Shown here piece after piece: positions 52,982-64,000 of a stretch of 64,000 nucleotides of DNA. This DNA comes from Octopus vulgaris (lineage: Eukaryota): assembly GCA_951406725.2 (NCBI GenBank), contig OX597817.1:74834001-74898000 (forward strand), given 5' to 3'. The notes below the pieces were generated by a model. That model saw only the letters and a program-made list of their open reading frames with translations, had not been told where the DNA came from and ran no database searches. The first letter of the stretch is position 1. Every line of letters begins with the position of its first letter. A program made the translations under genes and the position numbers.

Positions 52982-53017
52982 CTTTGATGTTTTGAGCCTA
53001 TGGTCTTCAACAGAAAG
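52982..53017 (-). pseudogene. Decayed second hammerhead motif
   Basis: Minus strand reads CUUU CUGUUGA AGACCAUAGGCUC AAAA CAUC AAAG. GAAA>AAAA and GUC>AUC fit CpG decay. The flanking context resembles the first copy. Confidence 0.5.
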
Positions 53018-53740
53018 GGATCAGAGGAAAAAAATGGAGAGAAGGGAAGGAAAGAATGTGTCAGGGTTAAGGGTTTCAGTCATTAAATTGTGCCACCTTG
53101 AAAATTTTTTAGTAGTATGAATCAACTCCTGTACTTTTTTTTTTTTAAAGACTGGTGCTTATTCTGTTGTTCTATTTTGCTGAACTTCTAAGTTACAGAG
53201 ACATAAACACATCAACACTGGTTGTCAAGCAGTGGTATGGGAGAAACACAGACACAAAGACACCCACACATAGCTATATAATAAATGCAAAATTCTGTCC
53301 ATTTAGGACCCCTATACCTCAGTCTATATTCACTCTACATAGACATATTATACCTATTTGGAATCAGGATGATCCCAGGATTGAAAATCTGCCTTTCATT
53401 TAGTTCTTGAACATCCAGCACTGGGATCTGACTTAACAGCATTTGGGTTGCAATTTTTAGCAGGTAAAGCTTGGCTGATTCACACAGTCTAGGTTGGTGT
53501 TTGTCACATGATGTCAGAGATCAAGGGGGGAGATAAATGACATTCCCTTCGTTAATTTTAGTTGAGATTAGAACTTTGGGACAAGTTGGCCAACAGCTGG
53601 AATTCAACTTGGGACTGAAATGATTGATTATATTTCAGAATTAATTTTCATCCGTCCTTAACCCCTGATCAGATACCACGAGGGCATATAGTCATTATAG
53701 ATGTATTATAATCATGCAGTTTAGCTCTCTTCATTTATGG

Positions 53741-54432
53741 GCCACTATGCCAGCGCCGCCTCCACTGGCTTCCGGGCCGGTGGCACGTAAAATACACCAA
53801 TCTGACCGTACGACAGGCACCCATGCCAACCCCCTTGCTTGCGAAGACATGTTGGGGCAAGCGAAATCGAATTGAACCAGCCAGGATCCCTGGTCTGGTG
53901 GTATGTAAAAAGCACTATCCGACTCGTGGCCGATGCCAGCGCCGCCTCCACTGGCTTCCGTGCCGGTGGCACGTAAAATACACCAATCTGACCGTACGAC
54001 AGGCACCCATGCCAACCCCCTTGCTTGTGAAGACATGTTGGGGCAAGCGAAATCGAAATCGAATTGAACCAGCCAGGATCCCTGGTCTGGTGGTACGTAA
54101 AAAGCACTATCCGACTCGTGGCGTAAAAAGCACTATCCGACTCGTGGCCGATGCCAGCTCCGCCTCGTCTGGCTTCCGTGCCGGTGGCACATAAAATACA
54201 CCAATCCGACCGTGGCCGTTGCCAGCCTCGCCTGGCACCTGTGCAGGTGGCACGTAAAAAGCACCCACTACACTCACGGAGTGGTTGGTGTTAGGAAGGG
54301 CATCCAGCTGTAGAAACACTGCCAGATAAGACTGGAGCCTGGTGCAGCCTTCTGGCTTCCCAGATCCCCGGTCGAACCGTCCAACCCATGCTAGCATGGA
54401 CAACGGACGTTAAACGATGATGATGATGATGA
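53741..54432 (+). mobile_element. RTE LINE 3' UTR copy with 186-bp duplicated module
   Basis: Same 3' terminus and (GAT)n tail as 31900-32077. Units start at 53747 and 53933, with an internal 26-bp duplication near 54096-54147. Confidence 0.85.
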
Positions 54433-54800
54433 TACCCAATTAGCCCTTCACAGGAGCTTGCTTAAAAGTCCACATGGAATGTGGCTTTTAAGCTTGTGTG
54501 TGTGTGTGTGTGTGTGTATGTATCTATACACATGCGCACACACAATGGACTTCTTCCAGTTTCTATCTGTGAAATCCACTCGCAAGGCTTTGATCGACTG
54601 AGATTATAGTAGAAAACATTTGCAGAAGGTACCACATGGTTACCAACCCTCACTTGTTTCCAAGTGAGGTAAAAAAAAAAAAGTTTCCCCATGGTTGCAC
54701 AAGTTTTCATGGAAGATTGGAAACAAATGACATCATTTGTATGACCGTCACACTAGTTTACTGCTATAATGTTTTGTCATGACAAGAAGGTACACACGCA

Positions 54801-54843
<43 letters not shown>

Positions 54844-55692
54844 CTGCATGTGTGTGTTTGTGTCATTTGTTTCAGTCATTAGACTGAGGCCATACTGGGG
54901 TAGTGCCTTTAAGGGCTTTGTTGAACAAACCAACCCCAATACATATTTTTTAAAATCTGGTACTTATTATATTGGTTTCTTTTTGCCAAACAGCTAAGTT
55001 GCAGGGACATAAACAAGAGCAAACCAAAACGATCTCCTTAACCATGTTTTCTGTTAATGAATCTTATGTGTGATTCATTAACCAAATGATATTTCAGGAA
55101 TGAACAGGATTTCTTTAAAACAACAACCACAAACTTGTGGAAAATATATATACATCAGCAGTTGCTATAGTATTAACACTGAAATGACACCAAAACCCAA
55201 TCTTTGCTTCTGCTTGTGCCACCTTCCAAGTAATAGTGGTTGTTAGTTCCCACCTACAACCTTTCAACAGCAGTTAAGCTTTATAGAGTAAAAGAAAGAA
55301 AATAAGTATTTTTTTTTCTTTCTCACTCACTGCCAGAATACAAAGTCGACAAATGAGAGATGCCAACACTATCTCTACCAACCAAACAGTTATATAACTA
55401 CTGTTAAAGCCTAGATTCTATTGAAATAAATATCAAATTTTAACAACACTTCCTTCATTTGGCAATCACTGCTGACACCCACCACCACCACCACCATTCT
55501 TTTAATGTGGATTTAAGTCTTTATCTTAGAGGTCATTGTTTCTATTTTATTTATATATTTGTTAAATGTTTCTGTTTTATTTTGTCATTATGTATTTTAT
55601 TTCCTTCTTTATATGACCTAATTTTTTGTTCGAGAAAGTTGTAAGGCAAGTTAAGTTCATATTTCAATATCTCCCCACTGTCAAGAAAACCC

Positions 55693-55732
<40 letters not shown>

Positions 55733-57734
55733 CACTTGTTATATCACAAATAAATAAAATACAGAAAAAGAAAGGAAATAAGATTTGTTATAAAACATGA
55801 AGTATCTCCCAATAGAATTGAGTTTTTAATGTACACACATGTATGTTCCTTCCCTACCACTTATATACACACATACATATGTTTCAAAGAGTCCTTATTT
55901 GGATGTTTCTCCAACATTTTGACCAAATAGTCTCCATACATGTGGAATGCTCTTCTAGCCAGCAATATCTGGGTGGCTTCTATCTGTTTAGTGTTGGCTG
56001 TCAAAAGAAAGAGTACTCAGTACCATAGTAGAGATTAATAGCATTTTTTAAAATTTTGGTTGAGTCAGTTTCTTGCTATTCTGAGTTTTGTCAATGGGTG
56101 CACAGGGTGTTCAGGCAAGTTATAAAAGAACATTGATTGTTGAGCAATAAGTGCATGTGTGTGTGTGGGGTGGGGGGTAAACAGACAGAAATATACACAC
56201 ACACAACAGGTTTTCACACATTTCTGAACTAACTCACAAGGCATTGGTCAGCTTGGGGTTATAGTAGAAGACACTTGCCCAAGATGCTGTGCAGTTGGAC
56301 TGTATCCAAAACCATGTGGCTGTAAAACAAGTCCCCACCACACTGTTTCAATCTATCAAATTCTCTCCCAAAGCATCAGCTGCCTTGGGGCTATTATAGA
56401 AGACACCTGACTAAGGTGCCACTTAGTGGAACTGCCCCCAAATCATGTGGTTGTAAAGCACACATGCCTATATCTATTTTTATTATTTTTTATTAGTTTT
56501 TGATTTTGATCACATCTTTTCTCTAGCAATTTAAATTATCAAAATTATCGTGAAGAAACATGTTCCTCTTTCTCTTTTTAAAGATATTTTCTATCCATAT
56601 TTGACCATGCTAGCTTTGGTGGATGGTTCTAAAAAGTTCAGAAATAGGGGAACAATTGAATCCAAGGAATCAATGGTAACTCAATAGCTCTAATCATAAG
56701 TAATAATTCTATGGATGGCTTGGTGTTCAAGAAGTTCTTCTTGATCATGATTCCTTGGGTCAGTTCCATTATGGGGTGTTTTAGGCTTGCATCTTTACCA
56801 CAGCCTCATATCGACTGGGCCTCCTGAGTGAAATTGAGTCGGCAGAAACTGGAAGCCTTTCAGATAAATTGCACCAATGAAGGTGTGTGGCTAAGTGGTC
56901 AGGGCACTCAGCTCATGATCTTCAGGCCGTGAGCTTGATACCTGGTGGTGCATTGTGTTCTTCAGCAAGACGTTTCATGTTGCTCCAGTTCACTCTGTTG
57001 GCACAATTGAGTACTGCTTGTATTTCAAAGGGCTAATCTTGTCACATTCTATGTCATGCTGAATATTCCTAAGAAATACAAAAAGGGCATCCATGTCTGT
57101 GGAGTGCTCAACCACTTGCACGTTAATTCCATGAGCAGGCTGATCCATTAATCGGATCAACTGGAACCTTCATTATCATAACCAATGGAGGGCTGTTGTT
57201 ACCAGTAACTCAAAGGTTCGAATGTGTCACATATTGCGCCATGCTGATTCAGCTTAAGAATTATGTTAAGTGTATTCATGTCTGGAATACTCGACCATCA
57301 TCATCATCATTGCTGGCCAGGTAGAAAAACTGCTACAGACTACTGTGTCTGTTTTGGCAGGGTTTTTTCAGCTGGATGCCCTTCCTAACACTAATCACTC
57401 AGATGTGTAATTGGTTGAACAATAGAATGCTTATCATTGAATCTGAAGGTGGTTCCAAGAAGTAATAATTCTGTTTGTTCTTATGTCCCTTTTTTTAATA
57501 CAAAGCTATGAGGGGTTAGATAGATATATTCTTAAGATATTGTTCTACAGCCAGATATCATTACTGTTTTTTTTCAAGTGAAAAGTATCTTATTCCACAT
57601 CTTTGAAGGCACAAAGCCAGCTGATGATCTGCTGATAGGGGAAATGACAATACGTAGTCACTGCTTGTTGCAGGGTGTAAACAATCACATAAATAGACAT
57701 GAATACACTCATATAAGTGTGTGTATATATATAA

Positions 57735-58190
57735 TCATCATCCATCCATTGTCCATGCTGGCATGAGTTGGACAGTTTGACTGGGCTGGCACGCTGGAAG
57801 GCTGCACCAGGATCCAGTCTGATTTAGCATAGTTTTCTACAGCTGGATATCCTTCCTAACACCAACCACTCCGAGAGTGTAATTGGAGCTTTCACGTGCC
57901 ATTTGCATGACTTTGGTATCTGCTACGACTGCAGTTTTTCTCGGCTTGATGGGTTTTCTGAAGCACAACATAATATCAAAGGTCTTGGTTATTGTCTCCA
58001 TGAGGCCCAACACTCGAAAGGAGCCCAGCCACTTTGCCATCATGAGGCCCAACACTCGAAAAGAAGTCAGGTACCTCACCTCCATGTGGCCTGTTCAAAA
58101 GGAACTCAACCACCTTGCCTCCATGAGACCCAATGCTTGAAAGGAACTCAGTCAGTTTGCTTCTGTCAGGCCCAACATTCAAAGATTGAT
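57735..58190 (-). mobile_element. RTE-type 3' end with a different ~43-bp tandem array
   Basis: The shared terminus (ctacagctggat..ccttcctaacaccaaccactccgagagtgta) is followed by about 5 copies of ccatgaggcccaacactcgaaaggaactcagccactttg. Confidence 0.7.
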
Positions 58191-58208
58191 TTTGTGTGTG
58201 TGTGTGAA

Positions 58209-58540
58209 GGCGCATGGCTCAGTGGTTATACAGCCGAACTTACGACTGTTAGGTTGTGAGCTCGAATCCTGGACCAGGCTGCGTGTTGTGTTCTTGAGCA
58301 AGACACTTTATTTCACGTTGCTCCAGTTCACTCAGCTGTAGAAATGAGTTCCAGTGTCACAGGTGCCAAACTGTATTGGGCTTTGCCTTTCCCTTGGATA
58401 ACATCGGTAGCATGGAGAGGGGAGGCTGGTATGCATGGGCGACTTCTGGTCTTCCATAAACAACCTTGCCCAGACTTGTGCCTCGGAGGGTAACTTTCTA
58501 GGTGCAATCCCATGGTCATTCGTGACCGAAGGGGGTTTCC
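58209..58540 (+). mobile_element. tRNA-derived SINE with CORE-like body (relatives ~2565-2830, 24732-24970, 56881-57190)
   Basis: tRNA-like head ggcgcatggctcagtggtta...gctcgaatcc followed by ttgagcaagacactttatttcacgttgctccagt. Its 3' end also occurs inverted at ~8470-8508. Confidence 0.75.
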
Positions 58541-58588
<48 letters not shown>

Positions 58589-58857
58589 CAAAATCCTAGA
58601 GAGAAGATGGAGATAAGATTAATAAAAAATTATTTATACATTGACAAGACCTACAATTGTTTTAATTCATCGCTTATAGTATAAAATCAATCAAATTTAA
58701 TTTTTATAATAATAATAATATATATGTGTGTGCCTATATTATAAAGTATTCAACCAGTCTAATCTTCAATATTCCTATCCCTCTGAGGCTTATATATCCT
58801 CACTTGTACTGCATATATACATACATAATTTCACTTTCTTTGTATTTTCTTGTTTAG

Positions 58858-58959
58858 CAAAACTTGTATCCCACTGTTGGACTTCAGACTCCTGGAGAAG
58901 TGGTTGAGGCAAATTTTGGACAGTCTCCATTTGTATTTGATATTGAAGACTACATGTGG
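58858..58959 (+). CDS. RANBP9: RanBP9/10 coding exon, end of SPRY, 102 nt: [34 protein letters not shown]
   Basis: Acceptor ttttcttgtttag, donor TGG|gtaagg. Contains the [12 protein letters not shown]...NFGQ.PFVFDI motif (part of track ORF 58864-59121). Confidence 0.95.
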
Positions 58960-61238
58960 GTAAGGACATTTGCTAATTGTAATTACTTTCTTCATTTTAC
59001 AATATTTCTTTTTTCATTTTTTGTGATTGCCCAACCCAGCCATTCTTCTTACATATTGACTCCATTCCAATTATGTTGTCTCTTTTCTATTCTTAATTTC
59101 TATGTTTTCTTTATCTTTTGATTTTCTTGTTAACTGAAACTAATATAATGGTAAAGAAAGTAGAGACATCTAATGTAAATCTCTTTTGTAAAGTACTTTG
59201 CATTCTAGCTTCAAATCCTTCCCACATTTACTTTGCTTTTCATCTTTCTGGGGCCAATAAAATAAGTAGCATTAATAAGCCAGGAGTCAGTTGAACCAAT
59301 CTCTTTATTCATCAATATATTTGATTAATGTGATTGCCCTCCCATATAAAAATTGGCTCTGAGCCTAATCAAAGAATAGTATGTTTTCAGATGTTCTGTA
59401 TTGACAAACAACATGGAAATTGCTTTCCAATACTCATGTAACCATGATGTTGTTGTTGCCATTCTTTAGACCTGGGTCATCTTTGTTTGAGCAGGCCAAT
59501 GATCAAAGGCGTTCCAGCTTTGACCATCCTATATTTTTTTTATTCAGGCATAATCACAACACAACATTATTTGATGATATGAAATCTAAGTATACTCTTT
59601 TTAATAATTGTACAATCAATGATCAAGTGTTCTTGCCATAACCAACCCCAGACATTTCCTCTTGTACTTAGAGACCTACTTTCTGTCATTTCTAACATTA
59701 CTCACTCCCTTGCTGATGATGTTCTTTACTGTTCTGTGACTTCCCACACAGCTGTTGTCCACATTTACCCTAAACATCTCGCATAAAACCTGCACTGTCT
59801 TGATGAACAGAGAAAAGATCCTTCAGTGGGCAACATAGCAATCTTAAGTCACTTTCAATAGCACAATGACAATCACTGCTCATATTAAGATAACCATTTG
59901 TACTTTACCTTCTTTAGTCTTAGAAAATCTGCAGCTAAAATTTTCCGATGTAAGCTCTGTGTCTTTGTTGATGATCTTCCATGGCAATACTACATACACA
60001 AAATGTAGCTTAAACTGCGGTCCAAAGACTGGCTCTCCTCTTCAGGGCCCAAAATACTTCAGTTTCTGACTTTCTACAAAGCTCAACTACAACCTAAAAT
60101 GGCATTCTTCTCCCACATCTAGAATGGTGTTGCTGCTATATATTATATATATATATATATACATATACACAAACATCCAAAGCAACATCCAAAATGATGG
60201 CCATCCAATTGATTCATGAAGACTTGCTCACCAATCGAGTCCTTAGTTTGTAGTATTTCTTCTCTCTGCTTTATTTTATTGTTGTTGCAATGACCTATGC
60301 TTCTCTAAACTATCTTGCTGTCCATCCAACACAGCCTATACATTTGTCTCTTCTTTAATCAATCCTATTATATCTAACACTCACCTTATGTCTTATGCTA
60401 ACCACTCTGTCCAATCTTTTACCTCCAGAGTATCAAATTTCTGGTGTTCTCTTCCCACCATGTTTTTTCCTGCAAATGTCCACTTCACAAATGTTCAAGT
60501 TGAACAGAAAGAGCATTGATCTTAGCAGTCTCACAGGTCTTGCCATGCTATATGTATAGGGATGTTGCCCCTCCTTCAGACTAGGTCATAACAAATAATC
60601 TCAAATGAAATAGATTTATTCTCTAATAATGTTTCCATCTACCAAAAGATTGTGTGAAATATTTCAAATTATTACTTGCTAATTGTAGCATGTATAAGTG
60701 GTTAGATTGTTTGGTGATTGGGAATGTGAAACTAAGTTTTGACAGTTTGAGGTTTCAGCTTTAAATCATATAATATATACTCTAATTCATATAATGAGTA
60801 CTTTTTTCTTCTCATTTGTAATTCAATTCTAAACACGCATGTGCACACACACACACACGGCTACTATTCAAAGCAATAATACATTTATATTTAGGAGTAT
60901 TCATCAATTAATAAGCGATCTTTTGTCAGTTTTAAATGTGGCTCTATTAGTCACTTCCTGCTTGTAGAAAGATTTTCTTTACTTCTCAAATACTAAGTCA
61001 CTTGGAACAATTTTACATGCTTCACTCTCTTTTGGTTTTGGCAGTGCAGTGTAGAAAAAAATGTTTGTCTTCTGCTATAGCATAAAAATGAAATTGTCTA
61101 ATGATAATAGTGATAGTAATTTGAACTCTTGGAGATTAGAAATAAAATTTCCTGTTGTGTGTGATTTTTTTTTTTTTTCTTTCATCTTGACTGGATTACA
61201 TTTACCAGTATTAACGGTTTCCCCTCTTATTTCACTAG

Positions 61239-61321
61239 GAATGGCGTATGAAGACTAGACTGACCATAGAAAGATTCCCAGTTTCGGACCGAAAAGGAGA
61301 ATGGCAAACTGCGCTACAAAA
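61239..61321 (+). CDS. RANBP9: RanBP9/10 coding exon, SPRY-LisH linker: EWRMKTRLTIERFPVSDRKGEWQTALQ(K). 3' end is 61321 (GC donor) or 61325 (GT donor)
   Basis: Acceptor cccctcttatttcactag. The peptide aligns by eye with vertebrate RanBP9 EWRTKIQAQIDRFP...GEWQTMIQK (recalled sequence). Donor is ambiguous. Confidence 0.88.
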
Positions 61322-61524
61322 GCACGTAATTTTATTGTAAGAGAAAGTGGGTGAGAGAGAGAATGTTTGCGTGTGTGTGTGTGTATAATGTCCTTTTTTA
61401 ATTTTATTTAGAACCAATTATTGATATACAAATAAATGTCTGTCTACATGTATTTGAAAATATGTAATATATTTATTTGGTCATATTTTCTGTTCATTTC
61501 CCTTTCTCTGTCATTTGATCATAT

Positions 61525-61562
<38 letters not shown>

Positions 61563-62139
61563 AAACATGTTCTATCTCACTCTCTCTCTTTCTCCTATTG
61601 TGTACTAATAATGTTAAATTGTAAGCCCATTTATTGTGTTGAGTAGCTGTGAGAGAGGGTGGGGACAGCTCTTTAGGTTGGCAGTAGATGATAGCAGATT
61701 GACTAAACTAGTTAAGAACTTAACGACTCAATAAACAAACTGAATGAATAATTCAAATAAAGAAGAATTTATTCAGTTGACAAAATTTTTTTCTGTATTC
61801 TCCCTCTCCCTACATTTTTGTTTGTGTCTTTTTTGCTGCTGTTAGAACAAGGTCTTTGCAAGGGTAAAACAGAATCTTTATTAAAATTAATACTCTCATT
61901 GAACTGTATTTTGTCTTGCTGCTGCTATAATAGCGATAAGGAGAAATGAAATTATACAGAAACTTAAGTAGGTGATACAGTGCAAGACGATTAGTTCCAT
62001 GGTTATGTACGAGCTAAATTTACCCTTTCACTTATCAACTATGAAGTCAAGTTAGTAGTTGGCTTTAGCACCCGATTGGTGTTCAGATAGATAGGTTTTT
62101 ATCTGAAAATGCTGCTTACCAAATTATCAGTCGTGGACG

Positions 62140-62480
62140 TCATGCTTTGTTTGAGCTAATAGGAGTCTGTTCTAACAATGTCTGGCAGCTTAGTACTGCT
62201 GCTATGCTCTAATGTTGCTCAGATTGGCAGAATCGTTGGAGCGTTGGACAGAATGCCTTGCAGTATTTTTTTCAGCTCTTCGCCTTCTAAGTTTAAATGC
62301 TAAAGTGGGAGGGGGTGCAAACTTCATGCTTTGTTTGAGTTAACAGGAGTTCGCTTTTTACAGCATCTGGCACCTTAGTACTGTTACTGTGCTTTACTGT
62401 TGCTCAAACTATTTATTGTTGTTAAAGCATTGGACAAAATGCCTTGCAGTATTTCTTACAGCTATTCACATTTTTACGTT
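62140..62480 (+). repeat. Diverged 184-bp tandem duplication
   Basis: tcatgctttgtttgag.taa.aggagt...ctggca.cttagtactg...tgttgctca...ttggaca.aatgccttgcagtattt occurs at 62140 and 62324. Confidence 0.8.
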
Positions 62481-62616
62481 AAATTCCACCAGGGGTTGAT
62501 TTTGCTTTCCTCTTTCTGTGGTTAAGTACCAGTTGAGTAATGGGATGATTTAATAATTTAAAAAAAACCCTTCTTTCCCAAATTTCTAGATTTGTGTCTT
62601 TGTTAGAAAAAAATTC

Positions 62617-62651
<35 letters not shown>

Positions 62652-63624
62652 GCGACAATCCAGTAGAATTTTTGGCACATTAAACAAAATGCTCAGCAGC
62701 ATTTTTTCCTGCTTTATGTTCTGAATTTGAACTCTGTCTTTCATTCTTTTGGGTCTTTAAAATAAGTACCAGTTGGACACTGGAGTTGATGTAACTGGCT
62801 TACTCCCACCCCCAAAATTGCTGGCCTTGTGCCAAAATTTAAAACTACTACTACTACCACCACTTCCAAGTGTAGTGGAGTATAGTATTAGGGATAAAAT
62901 GCCTTCTGGCATTGGTTCAGGCTTGTTATGTTCTGAATTCAAGTCATCCAGGGTTAACCTTGCCTTTCCTCTCTCTGGGATTAAAATAAAGTATAGGTGA
63001 AGATCTGGGTTCAGAGATTTTTGACTAATTCCCTTCCTTAAAAATTGCTGGCCCTATGTTTAAATTAGAAACAATTATTGTTATTACTCCCTTTTAACCA
63101 AAAGACTGTTACTTTTATTGTTGTTGTTATTACTGTCTGTTATATTAAAGTATTAACAACAGATTCCTGTGATGTAAAAAATCTGTCATGCTATGGAAAA
63201 GGATGGTCAAAGCATGTGTGCAAGGGGGGGAGAAATTCAGATGAATGCTACTGGCCCATACATACACTCACACACATACGAATGTTATTGGCATGTATAC
63301 ATGCACATACAGACACATCACAATTTAATACTTGGTGGGTGTTTCTAATTAAACTGTGGATTATCCATTGAATTACCTAGTTATTGTTATTCTTTCTGCC
63401 CTTCTGAAAAATAAGTTACTATTCATTAAGAGTAAAGTGAAGCATCACACCAAATGTTTAAATGTATGTGCTTTTGTTTTTATTTTTCTCTCTCTCTCTT
63501 TCTGTCTTCTGGGTTCAAATTCACTTTGGTGTTCAATAAAACACCAGTAAGACACTCAAGTTGATATGATTGACTGTACCATATTTAACAAATTTCTTGT
63601 TCTCTGCTGATGTGAACCAATTTG

Positions 63625-63850
63625 TTAACCCTTTTAGCATTTAAACTGTCCATATCAGGCCCAAATATTCTACCTGTTTAATGTTCACCCTAGCCAAATC
63701 AGGTCTTTTACACTTACCTTACAATGTCATTTTCAAAATGAACAATCATCATCAAATCTCAAAGCTTCAAGTTAAAGCATGATTAATTCAAAACAATGTG
63801 AATAAAGAAGCATTCCATTTGACAAAGTAATCTGAATGCTAAAGCATTAA
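63625..63850. mobile_element. TTAA MITE family A
   Basis: Ends ttaaccctttttagcattt and gaatgctaaagcattaa. Confidence 0.78.
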
Positions 63851-63990
63851 GCCTTCAATTAAAGTGGTTTGATTTTATGATGATACTCAAATCACTGTCT
63901 CCAGTATTTTTGGAGGAACTCATTTTGAGTACAATGTATGTGTTTTTATTTTTTTGAACATGTGCTGTGTCTAACTGATATTTTTCACAG

Positions 63991-64000
63991 AATACAAAGT
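63991..64000 (+). CDS. Possible start of the next RanBP9/10 exon (truncated by window edge)
   Basis: Branch-like ctaac at 63971 then tttttcacag|. After a phase-2 donor it reads (K)IQS, versus K-M/I-V-S at the LisH start. Only 10 nt are visible. Confidence 0.3.

Larger units (their letters stand above)
52492..53060 (-). mobile_element. Penelope-like element terminal repeat region (two related units, each with a hammerhead motif)
   Basis: Two diverged units share 'gtgtg..ggaacaag...gatgctc.ggaa.a...hammerhead...gaagggaag'. Minimal hammerheads are typical of PLE pseudo-LTRs. No RT is visible. Confidence 0.5.

Noticed and set aside
53273-53700. Helitron-like start (ctatataataaatg...ctgtcc)
   Set aside because: No clear 3' hairpin plus CTAG terminus, so it is not supportable without a library search.
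57618-57665. CTGATGA...GAAATGAC...GTCA hammerhead near-miss
   Set aside because: Stem II is poor and the U-H cleavage dinucleotide is missing.
58209-58285. tRNA-like sequence (also 35785, 24732 and others)
   Set aside because: These are SINE heads that continue into repeat bodies and lack a complete cloverleaf.
58640-58670. Palindromic acaattgt resembling a hammerhead stem III
   Set aside because: No GAAA or CUGANGA box at the required positions.

Overview
AT-rich, microsatellite- and transposon-dense animal genomic DNA. The repeat landscape (tRNA-head SINEs, RTE LINE tails ending in (GAT)n, (CA)n/(TA)n) suggests an octopus/coleoid cephalopod; this is inference, with no database search. The window lies inside one + strand gene, a RanBP9/RanBP10 (RanBPM, CTLH/GID complex) orthologue. 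Five small exons (15724-15776, 32861-33028, 51426-51448, 58858-58959, 61239-61321) splice in frame into the SPRY domain and the linker before LisH: (G)[143 protein letters not shown]. The introns (17.1, 18.4, 7.4 and 2.3 kb) hold decayed Tc1, mariner and maT-like transposons, TTAA MITEs, SINEs and RTE LINE fragments, several nested. The most interesting signals are an intact minimal dimer-type hammerhead ribozyme motif with a decayed sister copy, a ~155-bp intronic fold-back, a candidate 39-nt in-frame cassette exon with competing stems, a probable GC donor, a 23-nt microexon ending in a U1-like sequence, and a PHD finger inside an RTE reverse-transcriptase ORF. Nearly all ORFs in the supplied track are spurious or TE-derived.
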